From Eledone cirrhosa (lineage: Eukaryota), in the NCBI GenBank assembly GCA_964016885.1, contig OZ024745.1, forward strand, positions 49,290,001 to 49,354,000: DNA of 64,000 nucleotides, in the 5' to 3' direction. Made by a program: the position numbers and the translations under genes. This document shows, piece after piece, positions 25,130-39,400 of the stretch. Under the pieces are notes generated by a model. It searched no databases. It worked only from the letters and a program-made list of their open reading frames with translations, and was not told the origin of the DNA. How positions within the stretch are numbered: position 1 is the stretch's first letter; every line of letters starts with the position of its first letter.

Positions 25130-26254
25130 ATAGAATAGAAAGAACTAAGAACAAGGCCAATAGAATAAACTCATGGTATGATAGCAATAAATACCAGAGT
25201 GTAATGTTCATCAATACAACCCCTAGAGGCGAACTAGCCTACAAATTTAGAAGGGCCCTAAAGAAACATAATCTCAATATTAAGATAGTAGAAAGACCTG
25301 GTACCTCCGTAAAAACACTTATTAGCAAGACATACCCGTTCCAAAGACCCTCATGTATAGATAAGAAATGTATAACCTGTAAAATAAGCCCCCATATTAA
25401 CTGTAAAACTAGAAATGTAGTATATAGCATAAGATGTACTGAAGGACAATGTAGAAACAAAAATATAGTGTACATAGGTGAGACAGCTCGTAGTATAGGG
25501 GAACGAATAAATGAACACTGGCGAGACCTCCAAGATAATAAAGAATCATCTGTGCTCTACCAACATGCTAAGATAGAACACAGGGGTAAATTAGAGAGCA
25601 TAGAAATAAAAATAGAATCCACACACAAGAAAGACGCAATGTTTAGGCAAATTACAGAGGCAGTAAGCATAAAAGAATTAAAACCAAAATTAAATAGAAA
25701 ATATGAGTGGAACAGCAACATCACAACTTACAATTAAGGACAAAATGAAAACACACACACACATAGAACAAACAACTTACAATTGAAAACACACACAAAA
25801 TGAAAACACACACAAGACAAAATGAAAACACACACACACATAGAACAAACAACCAATAGAACAAACAACCAACCAATAATAAATAAATAAATAAACAAAC
25901 AAATAGAAAAATATAAATAGAAAAATAGAAAAATGAACACAAACACACACAGACACCCGGATGTGGCGCATGCACAAACTGAGCACGCAACCCACACACA
26001 AACAAAATGGCGTAGGATAGAAGAAAAGAAAGGCACAGAAACGAAGAAAGAAATCCCCAGTCACTGAAGAGGTCACAGAGTGTGTGACGAAAGAACTATG
26101 ACTATATATATATAAACAACTATCTGGTTGTGGAACCAACCAACCAACCAGAAATTTATAAATTTGTAAATTTATAAATATATAATAAATTAAATTGAAG
26201 TGAAAGCAACTGGTGCGTGTGTTTCTTATTGGCAACATGACCCTCCCAAAGTAT

Positions 26255-26257
<3 letters not shown>
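25130..26257 (+). mobile_element. 5'-truncated Penelope-like element (Naiad-like): GIY-YIG domain and 3' pLTR with HHR
   Basis: SWYDSNKYQSVMFINTTPRGELA...CIDKKCITC...CKTRNVVYSIRC...YIGETARSIGERINEH...RQITEAVSIKELKPKLNRKYEW (stop 25737). 3' end runs into (TA)n. Clade call is by motif recall only. Confidence 0.88.
26059..26103 (+). ncRNA. type I hammerhead ribozyme in PLE 3' pLTR
   Basis: AGTCA-CTGAAGA(26064)-G-GTCACA-GAGTG-TGTGAC-GAAA-GAAC-TA|TGACT; stem I is AGTCA/TGACT. Confidence 0.8.
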
Positions 26258-27287
<1,030 letters not shown>

Positions 27288-27476
27288 TGTAATAAACAAC
27301 ATAAGGCAATTATTTCATTTACCAGTGGTTTCTTAAAAGCAAAAAAATTTGCTTTCAATCACCAGAAAGAAAAAATCCTGGTGTATTTATTGACGTTGGA
27401 TTTTAAAAACAAAAATATAATCTACATGGAAGTGAGGCTGGAAAAGGAAGAACGACTTTTCCGACGGAATTACTTC

Positions 27477-28038
<562 letters not shown>

Positions 28039-28639
28039 TTTATATATATAGAATATATATATATCGTCTTGACTTGCTTACCACCCCTGAACGTAAAGGC
28101 GCTAAAATTTCCGAAACAAGCGGAACTCACAATATATTGTTATTGGTACAACAATTTAGATATCTTGTACAAAAAAAGCAAAACAAAATAAAACATATAG
28201 AATCAGAACAATGAAATATTACTTTAGTATTTGCAATATACATTTCTACTACAGGCTCAGACAGCTTCTCTTCCCAGTTCCGAAGAAACGTGATAATTAC
28301 CAAATTAAATGGATAATTAACACCTCAAGACAAGAACTTTCATCAGTAGACCAGTCTTAATCAATCAATAATTAACCAAATATACAAGACATGAATAAGT
28401 GTAAGATAGGACCCGAACACGTGTTGCATGTCAGGCGATCTGCCAATGTCTGCGACAGTCTTAGACAGCAGAAAGTGGGGCAGAATGCTAAATTTAGCTT
28501 CGTACCAGCTGTGAAATACTTAACCTATGTTTTTGAACATGGGAGTAAATACAATGAAACATCTAGAATCAGAACAATGAGATATTACTTTATGTTAGCA
28601 ATCAATATACACATACACAAACACACACAAATATATATA

Positions 28640-29068
28640 TATAAACGTTTGTATATGTATAATAAAGCCAAAACAATGCAGGTATGGACATAGAATAAAG
28701 AATGCAAATGCAAAAGATATTGTTGACAATTAGTCTTTTACCTTAGATTTATTTAAATGTCCTAAATTTTCGAGATAATATCTCTTCTTCAGAGGGAATA
28801 AAGTTGTCTCTATACCATTTCCTGTCAGCATGACTTGGCAAGCTATTTAGAACACTGGTTTGACAACTTTATTCCCTCTGAAGAAGAGATATTATCTCGA
28901 AAATTTAGGACATTTAAATAAATCTAAGGTAAAAGACTAATTGTCAACAATATCTTTTGCATTTGCATTCTTTATTCTATGTCCATACCTGCATTGTTTT
29001 GGCTTTATTATACATATACAAACGTTTATACCTCATTACACAATGCTTCAAGTGAACTATAACCTCCT

Positions 29069-29071
<3 letters not shown>
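28640..29071 (+). mobile_element. fold-back mini-element family D: 169-bp inverted arms, 53-bp spacer, HHR-like core in each arm
   Basis: Arms 28640-28808 and 28862-29030. Core CTGAAGA(28878)-A-GAGAT-ATT-ATCTC-GAAA-ATTT-AGG. Flanked by (TA)n. Confidence 0.75.
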
Positions 29072-29134
<63 letters not shown>

Positions 29135-29872
29135 GTAGAACACTGGAAGGTAATATCCGTAGTGGTAGAGCACTCAGTCCATGGGACGAGTTAGGTAGAA
29201 GTGGTTACACAACAGTTAGTTCACCATACATATATATATACATATGTGTGTGTGTGTGTATTTATCAATGTATTTTTGTATAAGTGTAGCTATGTATGTC
29301 TGTGTTTACGTATGCATCTGTATCTGTGGTTATGTACCGTAACTTAGCGCTGTGACACAAAAGAAATCGATAAAATAAGTAAGTTATGGAGTCGATTTGA
29401 TGGACGAAATTCCTTTAAAGCAATGAACCCAACACCCAACCCACCATGGCTGAAACCAGTGGAATAGTTACATAGAATGTGATAATCCTTTCTGCTATCG
29501 CAGGTGGAGTTTTATTACAAATATGAAATGGGTTTCCACTCGTCTGAAACGCACCACTTCAAATCAGTAAAAAGGTATATCAAACTAGTGAGGTGCAGGC
29601 CTTTATCTGTAATTAATGTTGCAATTTATGTAAAAGCTAGTTTGATTGATGGTGTTTGCATTTGATCGAACATTAACTGAAAAGGTTGTGATGAATCTTC
29701 AACCATTTTCAATCTACGTATATCAAAATTAATGAATTTCTCTGTAGTAGTTGGGCATAACCTTGAACTTAGTGCGTGAAATAGAATTACACTGTTTAAC
29801 ATATTTGAATACCGATTAGTTTTGTTAGGCATTCTACCGTTTGTGATATTGCCAGCTCTCCTTCAGCCAGTG

Positions 29873-30090
29873 ATAATAGTTTCTAAATTAGGTACAAGGC
29901 CAGCAGTTTGGTGGGAGAGGAAAATCAATTATATCTACACCAATATGTGACTGGTACTTTGTTTTGTCGATGCCTGATAGATGAAAGGCAAAGTTGATCT
30001 CGACGGAATGTAAAGTCGGAACGTAAGGAGCCGAAACAAATACAACAAATCATTTCGTCGGACTCTAACAAATTCTGCCAATCTTTCCAC
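29873..30090 (-). mobile_element. diverged tRNA-derived SINE
   Basis: ACAAGGCCAGCA...CTGGTACTTTGTTTTGTCGA...GATGAAAGGCAAAGTTGA, as in the other copies. Confidence 0.75.
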
Positions 30091-30789
30091 CAATAATAAA
30101 AAAAAGTCATTATCATTGTTTCCCACTACACGAAACTTCATACTCATATTTAGCCTCATCATACTTCCCTATCACCAACCTCTTTCTAGCAATAATAATA
30201 ATTTCACATAATTTCTTTCCACATTATAACGCCTCTCACAACGCTATAAAATTGTTATTACACCTTTCTCACTTCCGACACCCAAGCTTTTAACCTTAAA
30301 CTGCAAGGCTCTCTGCTACGTTATATATTGGACGAACATAACTCTCTTCCAAAATATATGGCATTCTGCCAAATTTCGAAATTTCTATCATATCTTATAT
30401 TAATTCATTAATGCATGGAGTTCAATTTACATTCTATGATTAATTACAATTAATTACAACAAACGTTCCTTCTATTCTTTTCCCAATCAAATTTTAAGCA
30501 AAATTAATCTAGATTTAAAGCTACTTCACAGCAGCAACATTTAAATGTATGTGGCGACTAAGACAGTGGCTGGGAGGCCGCACAACTACGCAACTGTGTG
30601 AGAACATTGATTCTAAACAAGAAATATTCCGCATTGGTTTTGTGGACACTATACATTCATAGGCTAATCATCGATCCTCTGTTGCTCTCGACGATGAGTA
30701 ATAGTGACTCGATCAACGGAACTTACAACTCACAAATAAATGATTCAGTGTTTCACAATCACGTGTACTCTTAACGTAACTCCCAAGCA

Positions 30790-30960
30790 CGACACAGTCC
30801 ATCCAACGAGCTTCCACATAATTTCTGTCAACTCAATTTCATTCACAAGGCTTGAGTCAACCCGAAGCTAGAGTAAAAGACACTTGCTCAAGACGCCACG
30901 CAGTGGGATCGAACCCATGACCTCATGATTGCCAAATAAACTTCTTAAACACACGCCCGC
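30790..30960 (-). mobile_element. diverged tRNA-derived SINE (second family)
   Basis: AAGACACTTGCTCAAGACGCCACGCAGTGGGATCGAACCC is the reverse complement of a B-box-containing head like that at 25022. Confidence 0.6.
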
Positions 30961-31472
30961 ATCTATAATGAGTTAATAAAAGAGTTACAGTTAAACGAGA
31001 CAATAGAGCGTCGCCTTATTGACCAGAAGATCAATCGTTCGAATCCTATCATCAATGTTGTTAACTCCTTGCTTACGACAGTTCTATATGACCCAGTCAA
31101 TTAAGTTTATTACATTCAACAACTAGAGCCCTGTATAACTGATGAGATGTTTCATCATTGGTTAACAGGGCTGATAGGTCCGATCATCTCATGAGTGGCT
31201 TTCAGAGATATATAGAGGATTCTATCAGGTTAACTTCTATGTTGAAGGTATCCCTATCGATAGAACATCGAATTCACACACACACACACACACCTGCATA
31301 CATATATGCATACATGTACATGCATATGTATATACATACATAAATATAAATACACACCTTAATGAAATTAATCACACTCTCTACTTCATTATTGAGTACC
31401 TTACTGGAATTGTGATTCCCTTCCATTCTTTAACGGAACACAATTCAATTATATATATATATATATATATAT

Positions 31473-31687
31473 AGGAACGAGTAGGACCCCGACGGCTGAG
31501 CTCAAGCCGTTTCGACGGCTAATTCTGGACTAAATTAGCCGTCGAATCGGACAGAATTAGCCGTCGAAACGGCTTGAGCTCAGCCGTCGGGGTCCTACTC
31601 GTTCCTATTACCCACTATACTACCCTAAGTATTGAGTACTTTGGTGCGTTATGGTCAATATGGTTCCTTACCACATTTCCTTCGTTA
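31473..31687 (+). mobile_element. fold-back mini-element family A
   Basis: Homologous to 18698-18901; the centre contains a short templated duplication (AATTAGCCGTCGAA). Confidence 0.8.
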
Positions 31688-31702
31688 TATATATACACAC
31701 AG

Positions 31703-31732
<30 letters not shown>

Positions 31733-31738
<6 letters not shown>

Positions 31739-31831
31739 GTCCCCCCAAAATGCATACACACTTCAACAGCATTCTAATAAATATTGCCTGTACAGGTAAT
31801 CAAAGTGTGTATACATTTTTGTGACACCCTG
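31733..31831. mobile_element. Tc1/mariner-type MITE (~100 bp)
   Basis: Imperfect TIRs (C/T)AGGGTGTC..AAAATG(C/T)ATACACACTT at both ends, flanked by TA. Confidence 0.7.
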
Positions 31832-31839
31832 TATATATA

Positions 31840-32018
31840 TAATAAAGAGGGTATGATAAGATGCCAGGTGGACCATAACGCAATACTTAGGGTAGTAGAG
31901 TGGGTAATAGGAAAAGGGTTGGGACTTCGACGGCTGAGCTCCAGCCTTTTCGCCAGCTATATCCGAACGGTTCGGATCTAGCTGTCGAAACGGCCGGAGC
32001 TCAGCAGTCGGGGTCCTG

Positions 32019-32021
<3 letters not shown>
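31840..32021 (-). mobile_element. diverged family A mini-element
   Basis: CCAGGTGGACCATAACGCA..ATACTTAGGGTAGTAGAGTGGGTAATAGGAA plus a fold-back centred on TCCGAACGGTTCGGA. Confidence 0.7.
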
Positions 32022-32110
<89 letters not shown>

Positions 32111-32436
32111 CCCCATTATGGAGAGGTATATACATCCACTTCCCTCACTATGGATTAATTTACATAATCTTTAACATATACACTGTACAATACGTCAAAA
32201 TCCAATAATTAGAAATTGTTCTTTTAAAAATTTAAATGAATCATTTTCTATTTATATAATATTTATCATATATAATTTATTTTAATAGACATACGCAGGC
32301 CAAGGCACTCGAGGTTTATTTAAAAAACAATTTTCCACCAACTCCAGCACTTCACCTATTTCAAAAATGAGACGTGTCATATTTTCAATTGTTATATGTC
32401 TAATAAGGGTACTCAATCGGTAGTACCGGTAGAGCA

Positions 32437-32831
32437 TTGGTGGCAGTGTATTGGTGAGGGTGGAAGTGTATTGGTGAGGGTGGAAGTGTATTGGTGAGGG
32501 TGGCAGTGTATTGGTGAGGGTGGCAGTGTATTAGTGAGGGTGGCAGTGTATTGGTGTGGGTGGCAGTGTATTGGTGAGGGTGGCAGTGTATTGGTGAGGG
32601 TCGCAGTGTATTGGAGAAGGTGGCAGTGTATTGGTGAGGGTGGCAGTGTATTGGTGAGGGTGGCAGTGTATTGGTGAGGGTCGCAGTGTATTGGTGAGGG
32701 TGGAAGTGTATTGGTGTGGGTGGCAGTGTATTGGTGACGGTGGCAGTGTATTGGTGAGGGTCGCAGTGTATTGGTGAGGGTGGCAGTGTATTGGTGTGGG
32801 TGGCAGTGTATTGGTGAGGGCGGCAGTGTAT
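32437..32831 (+). repeat. 20-bp minisatellite GTATTGGTGAGGGTGGCAGT (~19 copies)
   Basis: Exact 20-nt phasing. Confidence 0.95.
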
Positions 32832-32892
32832 CGGAGGTTAGTAAATACATGCACACAAGTATATGAAAGGAAGACAACTTAGAAATGAATAT

Positions 32893-33262
32893 TATAGAGC
32901 ATTGGACACCATGTTTCGCGGCATAGTGCTACGTCCCTATACGTTTTGAGTTCAAATTCCGACGACGTTAGCTTTGTTGTCATTCTTACTGGGTCGGTAA
33001 AATGTAGCACCAGTAATGCACTGGGGTCGACTTTCTCATCTCCCCAAAGTTGTTAGCATTGTACCTAAATCAGAAACAATTATATGTCTAATAAGGGCGC
33101 TAGACTAGCAGTACCTGTAGAGCATCGGACAGTATGCTTTGTGGCAGAGTTACGTCCCTTTACATTCTGAGTTCAAATCCCGCTGTGGTTATATTTGCCT
33201 TACGGGGTTGATAACGTAGAGTAGTAATTGCTGGCCTTGAACCAATGTTAGAAAGAGTCATA
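32893..33262 (+). mobile_element. two tandem diverged tRNA-derived SINEs
   Basis: Two GAGTTCAAAT(T/C)C B-boxes (~32948 and ~33169), each followed by a GGGT(C/T)G(G/A)TAA-type body. Confidence 0.7.
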
Positions 33263-33590
33263 TGACTAATAATCTAGGAAGCGATGCATGAATGAAGTAT
33301 TGTGAATGTATGACTGCTAAAGAAGATATTAGAATACAATTCCAGAAGGAAACCTCATTATGTAATACATTGTGTTTTTACTGTTTAAATAATATCCCAT
33401 CTTCTACAAATATTAGTTCTTGTGTCATCCAGACAGAACACATTTTTGGCGTCGTTTACAATATGCTTCTTGTGTAGTAATTAATGTTTTTCTTCTTCTT
33501 TCTTGAGGAGTTTTTTTAAGGCGAAGTGACAAAAACGATAGCTCTAAAGCAAACTTTCCCAAACATTTTAAAACTACATTTTAGAGATTA

Positions 33591-33884
33591 CTAGCAGAAT
33601 GGCCCGGCATTGCTCGGGATTTGCTCTAGGGTTCTTATATATTTGATATATATTTATCCTTATCGAGCCTCGTGAAATAAATACGTTTGTTTATATATAG
33701 AGAGAGATCGCTAAATCGCCTAATGCGGTCCTTAGGGCATTGAAAATTTGAAATTTTCTTTGCTCAAAACACTCGCAGGACCATAAGTATTATATGTGTA
33801 AAGTTTGAAAACAATAGGTTGGGTGGTTCTCGAGTTTTAGGAAGCTGACAGACAGACATACATTCTCTGTTTTAGATATATAGA
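33591..33884 (-). mobile_element. non-autonomous Helitron
   Basis: Minus strand begins A|TCTATATATC...(GTCT)n and ends with hairpin CCCGAGCAATGCCGGG followed by CTAG|T: a 5' TC, a 3' CTAG and an A/T target. Confidence 0.7.
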
Positions 33885-33907
33885 TATTGTCTGCGTAAAA
33901 CTCATAC

Positions 33908-34375
33908 TGTCGGCCAAGGCTTCTCGAATCCTGCCTGCGGTTATCGGTTCTTCACAGCACTCTGCATCATTCACCGAGAGTTGCGGAAGACCATTGAGGT
34001 AAGAACTGAAGCCCGAAACCGTCTCCAATTCCCCGCTCTCCCCAAACAGTTGTCCAAAGTGCACACATCTGCTTGGAATTGACTAAATGACCCTGGAAAG
34101 GCTTCCTGGTGCCGTCAAAGACCAAAATGTGGTTCTGTTTTCATGCTGCGCCATCTCCGCTCAGACTCATGGAATAGCTTTCGCTCCCTCGTTTCTTATA
34201 GCACGCGTGATAGCTGTGACAATGCAACCTTCTAGTTTCGCATTGAAACATTGTCCAGTACCATTCTTGTCGATAGCACATCGGTTGCAATGCCACTTCT
34301 AATCGCCTCTTCTAATTTAGCTACTAACTCCCCATCCTTTCTATTTTTTCTATCCCTACTTCTTTACTAAAAGCT
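33908..34375 (-). pseudogene. degenerate L1/Tx1-like LINE ORF2 fragment (region between APE and RT)
   Basis: HFGQLFG...YLNGLPQLSVNDAECCEEPITAGRIREAL and upstream KLEGCIVTAITRAIRNE, with stops. Confidence 0.55.
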
Positions 34376-34709
34376 GGTTTAAAGAACACTGAACTGACTG
34401 CAAACTTCTTGACCTGGTGATATGTTGGGCATTATTTCATTGGACCCTTAGAAACCATTACAAAGAATTTGAAAGTAAACCTTAGAAAGCTAAACCTTAA
34501 TCTGAGAGTGCATGTGTTGTAAAATAGTTGTTTTATTCAATCAGCAAGAATTATCCGGAATGTCTTCAACGCAAAGTAAAGACAATTTGAACAATAAAAA
34601 AATCTCATGATAAGAATGGACATGACTGCTTTTCAACCTAGACTACGTGATGTCATTCCATGGGGTGTGTTGTTAAACCGGTTACAATATAAATACCGTA
34701 AAATAATGA

Positions 34710-34870
34710 TGGTTTCTATTTTTCGCACAAGGCCAGCAATTCTTTGGCGGAAAAGCAAATCGATTCTACCAACCCCGGTACTTGCCTGGTACTTCTATTT
34801 TATTGACCTCGGAGGGATGGAAGTCAAAATTAACCTCGGTGGGATTCGAACTCAGTACGTGAAGTGTCGC
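34710..34870 (-). mobile_element. diverged tRNA-derived SINE
   Basis: GCACAAGGCCAGCAAT...CTGGTACTTCTATTTTATTGACC...GGGATTCGAACTCAG. Confidence 0.75.
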
Positions 34871-35180
34871 TAACAGGAAATACAAATCAAGTATTGGGGT
34901 CAATATAATCGGCTTTCCCCTTCTTCCAAATTATTGTCCTTGAGCCTAAATCAGAAATCATTATTTTCATTATTATTATTGCTTGTAGGAAAGACACAAA
35001 CATAAAACCTTTAATAATGTGGAAAGTGATATGTGTAAGAAGGCTAAAACCTTTAATATAATATATTATTCCATTTTCGTTGCAGAATGCTTCAATGCAT
35101 ATTTAAATAGAACGTATTTTTATTGCTGTAGTTGATGATGATGATGATGATGATGGGATGATAATAACGATGCTGATAGG

Positions 35181-35218
<38 letters not shown>

Positions 35219-36385
35219 AATTCTCATCATCTCCAGCTCTAGCTTTACGAGCAGATATGGTATAATAACAATGCAGTGACATTAGTCGACATTATAAATG
35301 CCCCCCAACATTTTTACCATTTCTTTGAAAACAACAACAACAACAACACCAGTTGCTGTCATTTGAAAACCTTGACAACGATGAGTCATATTTCTACTGT
35401 CAGGCAGTTTTTATTTGCCTAAACTGCTTATTATAAACATAACCAACTTTTCCCAATTTACTGTGGTGTACGACAATGTTGTATTAATATTAGTAAAATA
35501 TTGCATTTAATATTACTAATGCTAAAAAGCAGCACATCACCAGAATCACAAGAGTAATTCGAGCAAAATACCATTGTGGTATTTAGTTATGTCCCTTTTC
35601 GTATTGAATTCAAATAACGTTGATGTATTCTATGTCTTTCACCCATCTTATGCCAATCAAATCTTAACTATAATAAAGGAAGGTCTGCGGAATTGCGTCC
35701 AGAATATAATTTTTTACCCCGTTTCTAAAATAACTTGGATTACTTTGAATAAATAATGAATGAATATTACATAATTTATGTGATAAATTTCGTAGCTGTT
35801 GATTAAATATATTTTATAGCTTATAAAGATCTTTAAAATTCAATTCTTTAAAATTATCAAATGTCAACACTTCCGGTTAGCGGCCGTTATATAACTTATA
35901 ATCGCATATATTTCCGTCGCTAATTTTCTCCTAAAATTTTCTCCTAATGCAGTTTATATATAATGTCGTCTTTTTTTAAATATATCATGGATTACTGATT
36001 ACAGAAGACAGTGTAACATAGGCTTTGTTCAATTTCTGTATATATTGTCAATTACGATTTTATTTGATGCATCATATCTGCATACATCTATATTTGTGTA
36101 TAATATACACACTACACTTGCTAGCAGAAAACCACCCGTAGGGTGGTTTTCTGCTAGTAAACACTAATGGAGAGAGATTTAAATCAGGCCTTATTCCATA
36201 TCTCTCCTCCATATCATGCTAATGATATTATTTCATTCATGCTCATAAACCTGGGCAAGATGGTTGCTGACCTTTTTCTTCTGTTGAAGATGTTGCTTTA
36301 GTGTTACTATCCGGATCTCGTATGGTGTTAATATGAATTTTAGACCCCGGCCACCTTCCTTGCATGAGAAATATAGCCTATCCAC

Positions 36386-36387
<2 letters not shown>

Positions 36388-36416
<29 letters not shown>

Positions 36417-36482
36417 TGTATGTATGTATGTATGTATGTATGTATGTATGTATGTATGTATGTATGTATGTATGTATGTATG
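36388..36482. repeat. (ATGT)n microsatellite
   Basis: Abuts the 5' truncation of the RTE. Confidence 0.95.
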
Positions 36483-39400
36483 TTTATGGACCGTCTTCTT
36501 CTCTGGTGACACCGCTTCGCAGCAAGGATGGCAAAGAACTTCTTCGTGACTCACAAGGAATTCTACGATGGTGGCGAGAGCACTTTCATGAGCTTTTGAA
36601 TCAGCCGTCTGTCGTCAATGAAAATTTCCTCAATCTCATTCCAGAAAGTACTGTGAAAGTAGCTCTCGCAGAACCTCCGACGCTTGTGGAGGTTGCAGTG
36701 GCTATCTTGAAGCTCAACAGTGGAAGGTCTCCAGGTATGGATGGCATACATGCAGAGCTCCTACAATATGGTGTTGAGAGACTCCTACAATATCTTCACT
36801 TTTTGTTTGGCAGGATATGGGCTAATGAATCCGTACCTGAGGACTGGAGAGATGCAGTAATGGTGGTCATGTACAAGGGAAAAGGTAACAGGAATGATTG
36901 CGGGAACTACAGAGGTATATCATTGCTTTCTGTCGTAGGGAAAGTTTTATGTAGGGTGCTTCTGGACCGTCTGCTGACACACATTGCATATTGTGTTCTT
37001 CCTGAAAGTCAATCTGGTTTTCGTGCTGGACGCGGCACTACTGATATGATCTTCTCAGCTAGACAGCTCCAGGAGAAGTGCATGGAACAAGGCTTGGATC
37101 TGTATCAGGTTTTTGTCTATCTGACAAAAGCCTTCGATACTGCTAACAGAAATGCATTATGGAAGGTTATCCAGAAACTTGGTTGCCTTGATAAGTTCCT
37201 TGCTTTAGTTAGGTCTTTCTATGACGACATGAAGGCTTGGGTTAATGTCGGGGGTAACATGTCGGAGCCTATCTCAGTAAAAATGGACCCTATTTGCCAT
37301 ATACTTTGCAGTGGTTTTCTATATTGCATTCAGGAATTGCGAGCATGGTGTTTACATCCGATATCGAACCTCAGGCAGCATATTTAACATCAGGCGCTTT
37401 GCTGCAAAAACAAAAGTATTTACATCAATCATAAGAGACCTCTTGTATGCAGATGATTGCGATCTTGTAGCGCACACAGAGAATGATATGCAGCACATTT
37501 TGAATGCATTTTCTGATGCTTGCACTGCCCTAGGATTGTCTGTCAGTGTCATGAAAACCGTCGTCATGTACCAACCTGCCCCTGGTAAGCAGTACAGTGA
37601 ACCAAATATCTATGTGTAAGGTAAACGACTTGGAGTGGTTGATCAGTTTGTCTACCTGGGAAGCACTGTCAATCGATACGGCAACCTTGATAATGAAATC
37701 CCACTCAGGATTAGGAAAGCAAGTGATGCTTTCGGAAAGCTAGAAAGGCGACTCTGGGGTCGGCGAGACATGTGCAAGAAGACAAAGGTAAAGGTGTACA
37801 AGGAATGTGTGCTCTCTTCTCTTCTTTATGCCTGCGAGACCTGGGTCACGTATCGACACCACCTTAAGCAATTGGAGCGTTTCCCTCAGATGTGTCTCAG
37901 ACGGATCCATGGCATTCACTGGAGGGACCACATCAGTGATGTCGAGATTTTGGAAAGCTCTGTGTGACAGTATAGAAGCTCTTGTGCTTAAGCAACGACT
38001 CCGTTGGAGTGGTCACCTTGCCAGGATGAAGGATTCTAGAATACCAAAACAACTCTTTTATGGAGAGTTAGTTAAAGGAAAACGACCGCCACATATACCA
38101 AAAAAGAGGTATAAGGATTCCTTGAAAGCCTCTCTGAAAGACGCTAACATCTCTGTTGATACATGGGAAAGTGTTGCTGCTGATCGTAATAAATGGAGAA
38201 AGATTGTATATGGTTGAAATCCTTCATTCCCAGCCGAAAAGAGGTAGTCACGATTCTAGGACAGCATTCTTCACCATATGAGATGTCATCTGGTGTACCA
38301 CAGGGATCTGTTCTTGGTCCCCTTTTGTTTGTGGCATATATTAATGACATAGATGGCAACTTAAAGAATGCCACAGTACTGAAATATGCAGATGACATCA
38401 AGCTGTACCTTGAAATCAAAAGGACTGATCTTGAAATCTACAACTCTTTCCTACAATCAAACCTGGACACAATGCAGCAATGGATCACAGACTGGCAACT
38501 GAAGCTGGCTGTGGACAAGTGTACCACCATGCATTTTGGGAGGAAAAATCCAGCATCCACATACTCCCTCCACAACACTGATATCAAGAAGTCCTCTTGT
38601 GAACGTGACCTGGGCATTACTGTCAGCAACGATTTGCGTTGGACAAAGCATGTCTCTAAGATTGTCAAGAAGGCCGAGGGTGTCTTGGCATCACCCAGCA
38701 AGACCTTTGTTAGCCGCTCTCCAGCCATCTATTTAAAACTGTATACAGCTATGGTACGACCACATTTGGAATTCGCATCATCAGTCTGGAACCCCTATCT
38801 TGCTCAGAACATTGATCTCCTGGAAACTGTTCAGAGACGTGCAACCAAGCGCATACCCTCCATCAGACACCTACCATACTCTGAACGCCTTTTTTCCCTG
38901 GGCATGGATTCATTGAAGCTCCGACGTCTGGCAATGGACTTGGTAAACACCCACAAAGTTATTAACCATCTCGCCAACAACAACCCTGAGCACCTTTTTG
39001 ATCTCCATGTGTCTAACACAGGTGGATATGCCTACAAAATCAGACAACAGCACAGCTCCCATGACTTTCGGAAACATATTTTCACGCTCAGAGTTGCTGA
39101 AGCATGGAACAAACTGCCTGCGTCAGTTGTTAGTTGCCGAGACACTGCATCCTTTAAAACCCTCATGCTTCCCGAAATTCGCCAAAACTACACCTGATGT
39201 ACCCCTTCCATACACATGCACACATGTGTATATCATGACTCATGCACTGTTCATTTTCCTGACGTTTGTACATTACCCTATGTACTATACATACACTTTT
39301 TGATGAGTTGTAGTGCACCTGAGCACTGTACACAATATTTCATTATTATGAGAGAAAAGTTGCCTTTGAGGCATCTCGAATCGCATACGAGAAAGTAAAG

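Noticed and set aside
28330-28352. Minus-strand CTGATGA (and a plus-strand one at 31139)
   Set aside because: No properly placed GAAA or stems to complete a hammerhead.
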